A stretch of DNA of 64,000 nt. It comes from Octopus bimaculoides (taxonomy: Eukaryota). Shown one piece after another: positions 1 to 14,535 of this stretch. The position numbers were made by a program, and so were the translations under genes. Numbering within the stretch: position 1 is the stretch's first letter; each line of letters starts with the position of its first letter. The stretch is taken from positions 33,950,178-34,014,177 of the forward strand of contig NC_068983.1 of the NCBI RefSeq assembly GCF_001194135.2, given 5' to 3'. Below the pieces are notes generated by a model. That model was not told where the DNA came from. It was given only the letters and a program-made list of their open reading frames with translations, and made no database searches.

Positions 1-39
1 ATATATATATATATATAAATAAATAATTTATTTATATTA

Positions 40-190
40 TTTCTCTTAACTATCTTTTGAAGAACGTAGGCTCGAAATGTAAAAAAACTTTCTCATTTTT
101 TTGAACATTCAGAAACTAATACATCTGCTTGTGTTGTGCATACACCTGTCTTCGTATTTTTGTTGTTTCTGTAAATTTCAACCATATATA
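40..190 (+). repeat. Degenerate copy of the 56328 hammerhead-like repeat
   Basis: cttttgaagaacgtaggctcgaaatgtaaaa...aactaatacatctgct...cacctgtcttcgt. Confidence 0.65.
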
Positions 191-878
191 CACATGCATA
201 AAAATATATATACATACCTATATCCTTATAAAAATTCATGTGTTTGTGAGCGTTGCTCTGGTACAAGTGAAGACTGACGGACTAAATGTATGATTAAAAA
301 TGCTCCCGCCATGACAACCTCCTGTATTTTCAGAAATATGATAATTTAGACAACAATATCTAATGTGTTCATTCTCTTTTAATGTTTTGCTGAGTAGATA
401 TTAATTTCATATAAACTTCGCTACTATTTTCATCAGGTTCACAGACCAAGATTTTCCAGCATGTAAATAAACATCAGCAAATTCAAGATTGCTCGCAAGC
501 ACATTCGAGACGGAATTTTTTTTTTTTTTGTAAACTAAACGAAAGATATTAAACTAAAAAGAATTTATATGAGATACAATAAGTATATGCAAGACCTAAA
601 CGTTGAAGACCACACTTCTGCTTGAAGCAATAGTTTGAAGCAATACAATTACTTTCTACCATTTTAATTTTTACTCGCTTCAATCATTAGAATATAGCCA
701 TGCAAGGGTAATGCTTCGAGCATTTAGTCGACTAAATCCACCCCGGTAATTATTTTAAATCTGTATTTATTGCATCGAGCTTTTCGGCAAACTGCTGTTT
801 TGCGAAGACCTAAGCAAACCGTCACCTATCGTTAACCTGTGCTAAGGAGAAATACAAAATACATATAGGCTTCACACT

Positions 879-925
<47 letters not shown>

Positions 926-1048
926 ATGTGTGTGTGTGTATGTGTGTGTGTGTATGTGTGTGTATGAGCGTGCGTGTGTCTGGGTGTGCGTGTGCGTGTG
1001 TGTGCGTGCGTGTGTGTGTGTGTGTGTGTGTGTGCGTGTGTGTGTGTA

Positions 1049-2085
1049 GTGATCCTCTCAGATATACGCTCAGCTGCTCAGATAGCCACCCTCGCTAGCT
1101 ATGCGGACGATACAAATGTCTCTCAGACAGTACAAAATCCTGGAAATGTTGCGCACCTGCAATAGGAGTTGGACGCAACATACAGGTCGGATGAGGACAA
1201 CAACATGCACTTTAATGCAGGGAATTTCTAGCCCCTGCGCTACCAGTACATAAAACTGAACGACATGCAGACAGGACACACAGGCCCTGGAAGAACAGCA
1301 ATCCCTGAATAAAAATCAGTGCGTGATCTGGGCACTGACGTGAGTAATGATGCATATTTCCAGGTGCATATTACGAATTTGGTAATAAAATGCGGACGGC
1401 TTGCTGGATTGATCCTGCAAACTTTCAAAACGCGAGAAAAGGAAACTATGTTGGTCCTTTTGCAGGGCATACTTCCTCAGCCGCTACTGCTCCCAAATAC
1501 GGTCAGCAAACAGTATAAAATTAACGGCGGAACTCGAAGCAATCCAACAAAGCTACACAAAGAAAGTCGTCTCAATGAAACATATCAGCTACTGGAGAAG
1601 GCTGAAAGAGTTAAAACTCTTCTCCCTTGAATGAAGGCGGGAAAGATAAGCAGTGATATACATCTGGAAAATCCTTGAAGGGTTTGTTCCAAACTTTGAC
1701 ATTGAAAGTTACACAAACAGGAGGGCGGAGTACCACTGCATAGAGCCAAAGATCCCAGCATCACCATCAAAATACAGGACCATATACTACAACAGCCTAG
1801 TTTTGAAGGGCCCACAACCCTTCAGTATCCTTCCAAAATGCCTGAGAGACCTGCATGGTGTAGATGTAGGTGTCTTCAAAACAAAACTGGATCTCCTCCT
1901 GTCAAGGATTCCATATGACCCTACCCCACGACAGGAAATATATATGAGGTCAGCAGCGTCAGACTCCCTCATTCACCAAATACCATATATGAGAATTTTC
2001 AAAAGATGGTGTAGCACAGCTGACAGTGGTGCCCCAGCATGACCGCAGCTTTAAAACTGAGACAGCAGAAAGAAAAATGAAAGAA
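1049..2085 (+). mobile_element. 5'-truncated CR1/L2-type LINE: reverse transcriptase C-terminal half plus 3' tail, frameshifted
   Basis: SYADDT catalytic motif near 1100, RDLG motif, IYIWKILEG and KTKLDLLLSRIPYDP spread across frames with stops. 3' tail ggtgccccagcatgaccgcagc at 2028-2049. Confidence 0.9.
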
Positions 2086-3412
2086 AATATGTGTGTGCAT
2101 GTGTATACATACATAGATACATGCATACATACATAATACATACATACATACATACATACATACATACATACATACATACATGCATACATACTTACATATA
2201 TACATACATGCATACAAATATATATCGTTAGTGGGTGTCAAATATTTGCGATAGAATGTAACGTCGCAGAGAAACTGGAAGAAAGTGAGATAATTAGTTT
2301 GACAGTCAATGATAAATGAAGAAATTGCATGTATGTGTGACATTTTGAGGTTAAGCTCTTTTTCAGACATTTTTGTAGTTGGAGGAAGAAACAATTAAGG
2401 GAGAAGGAAAAAAAAACACAACAAGAGTAACGAAAATTTAGGTATCGCTGTGTGTCAAACCATGAACATATGCATCACATTGTGTGTATATGCATATGCG
2501 TGTGAGTTGAGCAAATAACTGAAACAAAATGTTAAAACTAAAGCAAGATAAATAGTAAGTAGTCCCGTGGGGCTAGTATTTATTTAGACTAATACTTTTA
2601 ACAAACATTAAAATATTTTCCTTGTTATATAAGAACTGTTAATGAAATATTATAAACAGGAGAATTGCAGATGAAAGGAACTAACAATTTTCAAAGAACA
2701 AAACTTAAAATAAAATTGAATAGAATGAAGATGTGAGTTGCATTCTGCCTAGATGATACAGAGGTTAATGGCTTTGTGTCGTCTTATATTTAGTTTTTAA
2801 GGAACTCGCACAGAATCGTAAACGGAAAAGATAATTTTTGGTTCATCGTCATTTTGTTCATAATAAATGATGCTGTCTTAAGTATATGTCAAACTTTTTA
2901 CCGTGCAGTATTATCTTTAATTTTACTTGCAGAAGTACCCACATTAAATACGACATTCAAACCAGCATAAAAGTAGGCTTTTCTTTCTAATCAAATTCTT
3001 AGCGAACAAGACCTAACATGACATGTTTTGGAGCCATATAACCTTATCTTTGGATGCTTTTACCGAATTTAACTAATATCATTAATGGTATCATTATCAA
3101 TAGATTTATTAAAAAATATTAGCTATTAGATCCAAGGTACTTTGCGTTACCCCTAACTGCTTTTAGCGTATTAGCAACGTGATATTTCTCGACATTAATT
3201 TCTGGAGGATTAGCAACGAAAGTTTAAGTCATAGTACAGTGCAAGAATAAAATGCAAGCTCAAAACTGAAGCAAAGGAAAATATGGATAGAAGTGATACG
3301 CTGCCTGGAAACGGGCTCAGACTTATTCGCCACAGGATACATATATATGTTCATATGTATACACATATATATTAGCATTATTGCACAGATGTACAGACAC
3401 ACACACACACAA

Positions 3413-3457
<45 letters not shown>

Positions 3458-3489
3458 NNNNNNNNNNNNNNNNNNNNNNNNNNNNNNNN

Positions 3490-3539
<50 letters not shown>

Positions 3540-5492
3540 CGTGTGTGAGTGTGTGTATGTATGTATATATATGTGTATATGCATGTAACGATAAACGTAC
3601 ACACATAAAAATGTGTATTTGCGATAAATACTGATATATGAAATGTACCGAGCAGAAAAAAGACGTCCATTAACTGTGGTTGACCCTGCAGTTTGCACTC
3701 GTATAAGTGTTCAAACTAAAATCTAAATGATAGCGAAGGTAGATAACTTCAATGATATCAGTTACAATCAATTTTCGGAAACAAGAACAATGTAGTCAGA
3801 CATAGTTGTTGCCTCATGACCAATCGGTGAAAGCAATAATTATATCTTCATTTTGTTAACCTCCTCTGAGATGAATATACCTCATCGAAAAGTGCTTCAT
3901 TTAGAGCAATTCCATTTTAATACAGAAAAAAATATTTGATTCCATTAAGGCAGCTGATAAATTCCACAAACTTTGGAAGAATAGCAGTTTGTAGTGACAG
4001 TAAAATACATTTCTCGAACTCTTTAATATTGGAACATATATTGAATTCGAAAAGTATAGGGGCTCGGAATGTTAAACCAACATTGGTAAGCACGGTATGA
4101 CGATTTTGTTTATACTTGCTATTGAATAGTAGAACTGAATTGTTTACAATAATGATTAAATAGACACAAGGTAAGAAATTTAGGAGTAGGACAAACTGTA
4201 CTTATCTAATCGAGTTCTTGGCACATACTGTAATTCATTGATCATGGGATAATAGAAGTAAATTGGTTTCAAAACGCTTTGAGCTAAATACCACATAACA
4301 CTATAGGTCATTCGGCTGAATCTGCAGTCCATCCCTATTCAGTTATATACAATACTGAAGGAGTATACCAGAGAATATGTATGGATGTTTTTCTTGGATT
4401 TTGTCCAAAACAAAGTTTGGGGCTACTAAAGCACAGAAGACTACAAAGAAAGGAAACGAAGTGCCTAGAAATTGAAAAGGTATAGATTGAATTAACAGAA
4501 ATCTTAAAAGAGAGAATATCATAAATCTGAAGAAAACAAGGCGACCGTAGAGAATTCCAGGAAAGAAGTTATTAGAATAAAAGGACTTATGACTAACTGG
4601 AAGCTCAACAGGAAAACATGCACTTGAAAAGAGAAGCGGGTAACACGTTTAAAAACCTCCATAGAGGACACTACACTAGAAGGTTTATCAGAGCAGTGAC
4701 CGTAGAAATACTTATAGAAAACACACAACAAATATGCATTACGATCATGAACCAACCACTCCAACCTATCAGAAAAATGAGGAGTTCCATGTGGACAACT
4801 CAATCCTGACCTTGATCAAGCAAACTGAAAACACCAGCCCAAAGATGACAGCAATGTGCAATGCAAAGCTGACTGGTGCCCTTATAGAGTTACAAGATGC
4901 TCTGAGGCGCAAGGAAGCTGTCACCAAATACCGCAGAAGCAAATTAGGAATGGAGACGATACTTTAGACAATGTAGCCATGGAGACACAAAGTCTGAAAA
5001 GAAAGACGCGATGGTCACGGCTGTAATGTTTCACATCATAGCTATGACCGATCGTTCGCTGCTGATCGTTTGCTAAACGACGTAGATTAATGAAACCAAT
5101 TATACAGCAGTTAGCGTTCATTATTTCAATTTGTATAGTTTTAATTCTTTCCTTTACTCCGATTTCTTTATTGATTAATAAAATATTGGTGGAATTGGAA
5201 AAATGTCTAAACCACTTGGTTACCTGAAAATCTGATATGTTCGTTCCAGTAGATCTTAGAAACATTGTAAACACTTTCTATTGGAATACATAATCAAGTA
5301 AACAGCATATGTTCTATTAATAGCTGTACCGTCTCCTCCAGTGTTAACCCTCGTAATCACCGACGTTCTCAGTCATTGGTTTTTCTGATTTAGTTTGTTG
5401 ATGTTACTGATGATGGTTACGTATTATATTACATAAAACATACAAAGTATCTTTTACACACAGGCCATCCCCACTCTCACACTCTCTTCCAA

Positions 5493-5563
<71 letters not shown>

Positions 5564-5834
5564 CTATATGTCTTTCTGTCTGTCTGTCTATCTATTTATC
5601 TATCCAGATAGATATATAGATAGGTAGATACATAGATAGATACATATATACATACACACAAAAATACACAAACACACACGCACATACATACATTCATACA
5701 TAGATCTATACAAAAACACGCACATATATGCTAGCATTCATACGTACATACATACACACATACATACGTACTACGTACATGCATACATTCATACATACAT
5801 ACATACATATATATTTTTTATTTTCATCTTTTAT

Positions 5835-6190
5835 CATATACCTGTTTCACTCATTTGACTGGCGCAATGCGGGGGCAATGAATTGAGGTGTTTGAGTCGA
5901 ACAAATCGACCCTAGGACTTATTCTTTTAAGGACAGGATTTATTATATTGTTATCTTCTGTCGAACCGCTGTGTTACGGGGATGGAAACACACCAAACTC
6001 AATTGTCAAGCGGTAGTGAGGCACAAACAGACACAAAGACATACACATATGACGAGCTTCTTTCAGTTTCCCTCTTCCAAATCCACTCACGCGGCATTGG
6101 CCGGCCCTAGATTATCGTGGAAGACACTTAACCAAGGTGACATGTGAAACTGAATCTATAACCATGTGGCTGGGTAGCAAGCTTCTTACT
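5835..6190 (-). mobile_element. SINE family A copy
   Basis: Reverse-complement match to 9148-9590 (gacgagcttctttcagtttcc...aaatccactcac...accatgtggctgggtagcaagcttctta). Confidence 0.8.
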
Positions 6191-6423
6191 ATAAAGTATG
6201 TATGTATGTTTGTATGTATGTATGTATGTATGTATGCATGCATGCATGTATGTATGTATACTTAGATAAATTTTAGCCGTAGATAAATTTTTATTGATGT
6301 TTCATGTTACAGTCATTCTTTGAGCACCAAACTCCATTCGAGTAAAGAGTTGTCTGCAAATCCCCCCCCCCTCTCTCTCTCTCTCTCTATCTATCTAACT
6401 AACTAACTATCTATATGTGTGTG

Positions 6424-6506
<83 letters not shown>

Positions 6507-6565
6507 TATGGAGATGTACTTGCATAGCAAGCGACTTGATCTGAGATCGTGTGGTGAAACAAAAA

Positions 6566-6824
6566 CAATTGCAGCATGGAATGCGTTTATAAGCCATTGA
6601 AAAACACACAAAAACCGTCAGATTCACTTCAACATTTAGATTTAATTTGTGTCAAGATACTTCCGTTGCTTTGAAACCGCAGCACGAAATTTTGTCAGTG
6701 AACAGGTCGCGGTTTCAAAGCGACGAAAATATTTTGACACAAATCTAATCTAAATGTTGAAGTGAATCTAACAGTTTTTGTGTGCTTTTCAAATAGCTTA
6801 TTAATGGCTTCCACGCTGCAATTG
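6566..6824. mobile_element. Foldback MITE / long inverted repeat
   Basis: Arm 6566-6680 is the reverse complement of 6709-6824 (about 85% identity by eye) with a 28-nt loop. Confidence 0.85.
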
Positions 6825-8314
6825 CATATATACATATATATATATATATTAAATTGAATATCTGTTCACAAGTTCAGTGAATACTATATTCACTGCTTCC
6901 TATTATACCGGAGATGGCAACACTCTTTTAGGCATCTGCCTGATTGCTCTGCCTCTACTGGGACAATTATCGTCTCCTTTCCGATATATGAAATCGTTTT
7001 ACACACACTACATGCATCACTCATGTTATCCCTGCAGGAAGACCACTAGGTTGCCTGTCGATGATCTATGTGTGCGCGAGTGAGTGTGTGTGTTTGTATG
7101 GATGTATGTATGCATGATTGTATACTACATTTATGCAATACTTATGCAATATAGATAACAATTAGAGTATATTTGAATATGATGCTCTGTGCCTCTAAAT
7201 GTGTGTATGTGTGTGTGTGTGTGTGTGCGTGTGCGTGTATAATTATGTTATATCATGTTAAGAACGCAATAGAGTACAATACAAAGCTCGTCCACCTTCA
7301 AATTTCACCCTTTGCTTTTCAGTAGTAGTATTATACGTACTTCCGAGTTTGTGGTTGGTTTTCTCTTCTGTGTGATTGATACTTGAAAAAATTTGGAGTC
7401 AACAAGAAGCTGTCCGGTTGGATATTTATTTTCAATCACTTCAATTACTTCCACACGACGATGTTCCCCGGGCGTGCAGATACTTGATTACGCCACCGTT
7501 TCCCTGCATTATGGAATCTCGTTGTGTTTTCTCAGGCGATATGTAAATATTGTCTCCGCAAATTCAAATTCAAAAATCGCATGAGGACACACAGCTAAAT
7601 CTCATAATGCAGGACCGCGTAGATGGAACAGGGACTCTACGCGGAGTAGATGGAACAGGGACAACTGAAGAAGAGAAATATTCTTTATGTTGCATGTCTC
7701 GTTTCTCTTTCTTCTTTTTTTCGTCGTTCGAAAAATAGTTCATTTTCTGTCTTTGTCTTTATGTTTTCGTTTCTCATTGTGTTTAACGTTTTTTGTGATG
7801 CCCTGTACCCAAATATGCATGCATGTATGTATACATATAGATGTAGGTATGTACATATATGCATATATGTACATATTATGTATGGATATACGAATGGAAC
7901 AGTGGCTAAACACAATATAAACTTTATTACATGTGGAAAACTTTCGAAAGTGGTGACAGATATCTTGTGGAGGCAGATAACAATGATAGTACTGTGTTTT
8001 CTATTGCAGATACTAAAACATACATATGCATGTATATCTATTATTTCTGGATACGTAGGTGGGTGTGAATAAGTATGACTGATGAGAGATTAGTTTAGAC
8101 TAACATTTTCACATCCGACTGCTCTCAGCAATGATTATCAAAGTTCCTTTTGTTTGGAAACTTTGACTTACCAAGGTTATAAGACGGCCTCAGATTTATT
8201 CAAGTCAAACCATTAAAACATCTAAATATATATATTTACACAAGCACGTAGACACAAGCTCTCATAGACATGAAACAAAAAGTGAAACCCATGTGTATAT
8301 ATGTCAGGCTATTT

Positions 8315-8394
<80 letters not shown>

Positions 8395-9147
8395 ATGGAT
8401 CGATCTATCTAAATATGTATGCTCTTTTATATGTGTATATACGTGTATATTTCTACATTTATACAAACATAGTTATCCATTTATACAACATATATATGTA
8501 TACACACATATCTATATCAGTGTGTGTGTATGTAGTAGTAGTAGTAGTAGTAGTAGATAGAGCTAAAATCTCAAGCAATATGTCAAAATGTCTCCCCTTG
8601 TAACGTTTAATTACACATGAAATATCATATAATCACTCTAAATATTTATATATGCATATATCTTGATTAATAAATCATGTGACTGTTTAAACGTCTTTAC
8701 CGTCAACATTACTGCCAATCCCATTATCATCATGGTCGTCGTCGTCATCATCATCATCATCATCATCATCACCATAATCATGCTTGTTGTGGTCAATGTC
8801 ATCACCACCATCAATAGAACAATCATCATATTTATTATCATTTTATATATACTATGTATATACATGCGCATGAGCATGCAAACACACGCATACACATACA
8901 TGCACACACATACAAGCATACACAATTATTTCAGTATGTATGCACGTACTAATGTATTTAGGCATTCATTGCATCTTCTTTGCTGCTCTGCCCCACATGA
9001 ATACAGATTGAGTAGACCGATGGCAGTCAAAGGCTTTCCAACCATAGTCATTCCGACTTTTACTTTATATTAATACTAGATACGGTAAAATTTATGTTTT
9101 TTTTAAAAATTTATGTTTATTTAAAACAGTTTAACGTAAGCTATATA

Positions 9148-9312
9148 GGCGTAGGAGTGGCTGCGTGGTAAGTAGCTTGATTAGCAACCACATGGTTCCG
9201 GGTTCAGTCCCACTGCGTGGCACCTTGGGAAAATGTCTTCTACTATAGCCTCGGGCCGACCAAAGCCTTGTGAGTGGATTTGGTAGACAGAAACTGAAAG
9301 AAGCCCGTCGTA

Positions 9313-9352
<40 letters not shown>

Positions 9353-9590
9353 TATGTATGTGTGTGTATATGTTTGTGTGTCAGTGTTTGTCTCCCCAAC
9401 GTCGCTTGACAACCGATGCTGGTGTGTTTACGTCCCCGTAACTTAGCGGTTCGGCAAAAGAGACCGATATAATAAGTACTAGGCTTCCAAAGAATAAGTC
9501 CTGGGGTCGATTTGCTCGACTAAAGGCGGTGCTATAGCATGGCCACAATCAAACGAATGGAACAAGTACAAGAGTAAAAAGAGCAAAGAG
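9148..9590 (+). mobile_element. SINE family A, full length: tRNA-like head, internal (TA)/(TG) microsatellite, LINE-like tail
   Basis: A-box tggctgcgtggtaag and B-box ggttcagtccc (9201-9211); internal TA tract at 9311-9370; tail ggtgctatagcatggccac. Many other copies in the window. Confidence 0.85.
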
Positions 9591-10391
9591 TAAGCTAAGA
9601 GATATTTAACTACTATTTCTAACAGAACTAGTGACTTTATTGGAACCCTATGGTCTAAATTACAATCACTTTTGATAAACTGAAACAAACGTCAAAGCAT
9701 GAAGATCTATACATGTTTTTTGTTAAGCTTTTTAAAGAAGAGGGAAAGCTGTGCCCATATCCATTTACAAGGGTTCTAAAACTTGTGGAAAGGTGCGAGA
9801 AAGGTATCCCTAAACTGGAGGTGTGGCCTAAGTGCTTGTAATAGATCGGGCTTTGTTAAAGGCACTCAATGTGACATGTGGTGATGTTAAACTTTGCGAA
9901 AGTATCTTTTCCATCCAAATAAGCCGTGGCGGGATTTGAACTCAGAACGCAAATAAACCAGAATAAATTCTATAAGGTCTATATTACGACATTCTTATAA
10001 CTCGTTTAATTTACTGGTGCATTTGTTTCTTTTTTTATCGATCCTGCATGGATGAAAAGAAATTGACTATGTCAAGGTTTGATATCAATATGTAGGAAAT
10101 CATGACGAATACCTCTCAAAACTCTAGCCAAAACTCTAACGTCTCTGCTAATTCAATGTCTTTTTAGGTTGTCATTTTTGTTGTTTTTGGTTGTTTTTGA
10201 TCTTTTCGTTGATAATGTTTAGGCTGAACATAAAACGTACACCAATCATTTACTGGGGTCAGCTTCGTTACAATGTTTTACTCCCTTCCCCGTTCTTTTA
10301 CAATGGCTTCATGCCACCATCTCAGAAGTGGGAAGAAAGAAAAATTGTAGTGAAGTCCTGCTTAGTATACTGGGTTGTACTACCATATTGC

Positions 10392-10422
<31 letters not shown>

Positions 10423-10439
10423 CTGTGTCTGTGTGTATA

Positions 10440-10485
<46 letters not shown>

Positions 10486-10617
10486 ACATTACAATATATA
10501 TTGTACTTCTTTGACAAGAAGTCCTGTGAGATAGGAAAAAGAGATTTCGGTTTAATGACGAAAAAAGAGGGATGTAAAACGACAGGCACGAAAATACTTA
10601 TAACCACAATGATAGGA

Positions 10618-10643
10618 CCAGCAGCAGTAGCAGTAGTATTAGT

Positions 10644-10719
<76 letters not shown>

Positions 10720-10793
10720 AAATGTGTGAAAGCAATGACAGTATAGGACATAGAGAATAGGAGAGCGAGGGGGAGGAAAATGTAGCAGCAGTT

Positions 10794-10828
<35 letters not shown>

Positions 10829-10901
10829 AGAAGAAGAAGAAGAAGAAGAAGAAGAAGAAGAAGAAGAAGAAGAAGAAGAAGAAGAAGAAGAAGAAGAAGA
10901 A
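10618..10901. repeat. Compound trinucleotide microsatellite (CAG)n(TAG)n...(CAG)n(AAG)n
   Basis: Read directly; it generates the poly-Q/K/A/V/F ORFs in the track. Confidence 0.95.
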
Positions 10902-13900
10902 AGCTGCCTCGGGCGTCGACAATGAACATAATGTAAAGGGTAGTAGTGATGCCTTTTTTGTTTTTTCGTGTTGATGCTAAAAGAACTTGAGAAAACATTG
11001 ATTGTGGAAAATGCATTAAACCACATGTCCGAAAGAATCCACTGTGTAGTTTGAAACCGATTATCTTTTAAATGTAACCACTTCTAAGTACCTTAGTAGA
11101 TTATGTCACTCGTTCGCTTTCTGTTTTAAAATCAAATACAGAGGATTGTGAACTCTACCGATCTCTGACATATTTTGTTTAGATATCAAATGAATGATGA
11201 GGCAAGTTTAAGCAGTACACAGTTGCACGTCCGTGTTTTAAGAGCAATCACTCTGATTCATTAATTAATGGCTTAAATCATTTCAAGATGCATAATTTGA
11301 CGGATTTAATGTTCCTAATCAAAAGACAATGAAAAATGTCCTTTGGCTATGGAAACTGTTTGTGAAGTGACTACACTCACTGGTTTATAACTTTGTATAT
11401 TCTGTTTGGTTAATTACTATATGCTTAAACAAGTGACAAACTGAGCTAATGGGAGATAGAATCGTTTAGCTGTCACATGCGAACGAGTATGACCTGGTAG
11501 CTCCTATCACGCTTTCGGTAAATGTTTTAAATGGTGATGCTGTGCAGAGCAGATATAAAGACACTCTTGGCATCTCCAACATTTGATCCAAATGATCAGT
11601 TAGAAACTGAGGAGCTGCACCAACAGTCGAATGTTAAACATTTATAGCTGAGTAAACCGGAGCAATGTTAAATGAAGTTCTTTACTAAGGGGCACAACAC
11701 GCTACCCTGTTCGAGAATCGAAACTACGCTTTTATAGCCGTGCGTTCAATGCTGCAATCACTAGGTTATACATTTTCATTGGCTCTACAATAACCAGTTG
11801 ATATAATTCAGTGGTCCGTGCATGTATTCTCTTACTGACACTTCTTTGACCGTATAACAATCTTCTATGTGGTCGACCACCGTGCTAGACATAGTTTTCA
11901 CTTGTCTCAAATAGATACTCTGCCGTCTTTAGAAAAAAAAGGATACTTTAAACCAATAGTTTTATAACGATCCGTCGCGGTGCAGTGGCATGCAACAAGG
12001 GGTATCTAGGCATGCCGTAGGTCTTTAGAAATATTATTTCATGTTTTAAGAAATCCTTATTAATTCTTTGAGCATTAGTAGGTTTTTTCTGTAGTTCTCA
12101 GGTGTTAGTCAACATTGTATCGTTTCAGTTAATTTTCTTTGTAGGCATGTCCCTGGAAATAGTCTGATTTTCGATCTTAGACTATCTGAGAAAAACATAT
12201 TTATTAAAAAGATCACTTGTAGACTTATATCTGTGTACTAATGGAAAGAAATCCAACTGCATGGTTGAAATTTGTTTCGATCTAGGGCTTCTAGGTTTGC
12301 CAGTTCTTATCGTTCATTGACTTTGGCATTTAACCATTTATAAAATCTCTGTAGCTAGAAAGATTTAACTCTTTAACATTCAAATTACTTTGTCATATGT
12401 AATGCTTATTCCTTCAGTGCTTTGAATTTATCATGTATTACCTTGTAGCTTCAAGATTTCAGGAATGTTTACTTTTAGAATGACATAGTAGGGTACATGT
12501 GAGAGGCCTGATCTGGCTAGTTCTAAGATAAAACATGATCTGTTTAAATGCTAATAGGTCTAACTTTTAAATACGAATGGATTTAAAGCAAACGCGTAAA
12601 AACTAATGGAAAATAGAAAAATAGACAAAATGGTAACAAATGATGACGGTTGTGTAATACAAATTGGACAAACCTCAGCAGATTTAAATGCTAAAGAAAA
12701 AATATAAATTGAAGAGTCGAAGTGGAGTAGTAGTAAGATTATAAGAATAGATTATTTTAGAGTGGCTGGTGATAAAAAGCAAAAATAAATAAAAGTGTTA
12801 AAATATGTTATTGCGAAGTAATAAAATGCTTGTGATGGTCACAAAATATTAAGATAAGAAAAAGGGTGGTAAGTTATCGCGTTGAAATAAAAGAGAAACA
12901 GTGAACCAAAAATAGCATTTCCTATCTCATTATGGTTTCACAGTTAATACGAGCTCATTCAGATGCTTCGAAACTTATTTTTTCATTGGACTTTGCTAAG
13001 GTGACTTTTATTGTTTTAATAAAAGGAAATACGAATTACAAAATCAAGAAACTGGTACACTATTACAGATTTGCTTGCGAAAACTAAAGAGTTATAAATT
13101 TTATCATCTGAAAGCATAATGTACGACTGTTTCCAATGTTGTGATGAGAATCACAAACGTTTGTTTTAATGTAGAATTTTATATTCCCCAACTGATTTTA
13201 AAGTATTCAATGTTTATGCTTGTCCATTTTAGATTAACTGGGAAAGAGAGCAATCGTTTCCAGTATTGTATACCAGCCTGTTGACGGTTATCTTCTCCGA
13301 TAATCTTGCCGTAATTCCAGGACGGTTGAGACGATTAGATATAAGCACACATCCAATATACTTAATGGATCCTGTGAGATTTGAACTCAGGCTTTAGCGT
13401 TGTTTGTCCTACACGGTATCGAATAATTTACAAAATATCTACCGAAATGATAAGAAGAGAGAAAGCCTCCATATTTAATGCTGCATTCGTTTAATAATTT
13501 AACATTTACTTATGATTTACAATACAAAACTGCATGGAAATCATTACCACTGAACTAGATATATCTACACGCTATTGATTACCTTGCAACAAAACAATAC
13601 TCATTCCCAGTAGAACTAATTTTCTAAATAAAAGAAAAAGTCATGCATAATTAATTTATTCCTGAAGGGAATGTAAGTTTATGGTTAGATACTATACGTT
13701 GGCCTCTACATTTCTACTGTACGAGAAGAGCTTTCATTTAATCCTCAAAAGTGATATCTAATAATTAAACAAAACATAGAGTCTAGTAAGCTGCAGATGG
13801 GTACCAGTTGTAAACTGCGATAGCATCGTAAATTTGACAAAGGTAAACTTGTAGTTTATGAATCTGCTTGGAATAGAGAAAGATAATATATCTCCTGAAC

Positions 13901-14041
13901 ACACATGAATACATATGTGTGTGTTTATTTGTGTGCGTGTGTGTATGTGTGCACGTGTGTGCGTGTGTCTGTGTGTACAGATGCATGGAAATGTATACAT
14001 ATATATACATATGTATGTATACATATATGTATACACATGGA

Positions 14042-14120
<79 letters not shown>

Positions 14121-14345
14121 TATATTATATAAATACACCCACACACCCATATATATATATATATANNNNNNNNNNNNNNNNNNNNNNNNNNNNNNNNNNN
14201 NNNNNNNNNNNNNNNNATATATGAAAAAACGTTGAGTTCTATATCATCATTTAGTTCCAAAGGTTGATTTCTAATAATGATTCTTCAGATTACATTAGTA
14301 GCTTATTGTAGTAAGTATTTTTCGAATATGGAAATGCTACAAGTA

Positions 14346-14535
14346 TAAAGTGTGTTAAGAGCATTTATAGAACACGTATCCTATAGAAACTCAACAAACA
14401 ATGGAGAAGAGAAAGTGTTATAAGTTTTAAAAATATTTATTTTTTAAAACTTATAACACTTTCTCTTCGCCGTCTTTAATTGTTTGTTGATTTTCTATAG
14501 GATAGTTGTTCTATAAATGCTTTTAACACACCTTG
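14346..14535. mobile_element. Palindromic Tc1/mariner-type MITE
   Basis: About 95-bp arms are near-complementary around a tiny AT loop. Ends read TA|taaagtgtgttaa and ttaacacaccttg|TA, a TA target duplication. Confidence 0.8.

Noticed and set aside
7664-7700. CTGAAGA followed by a short stem
   Set aside because: No GAAA follows the stem.
9148-9225. tRNA-like A/B boxes here and at 29440, 33470-33540 and 47300
   Set aside because: No complete cloverleaf and each continues into a repeated SINE body; not tRNA genes.
10375-11026. Poly-Q/K/A/V/F/L ORFs
   Set aside because: Translations of pure microsatellites.
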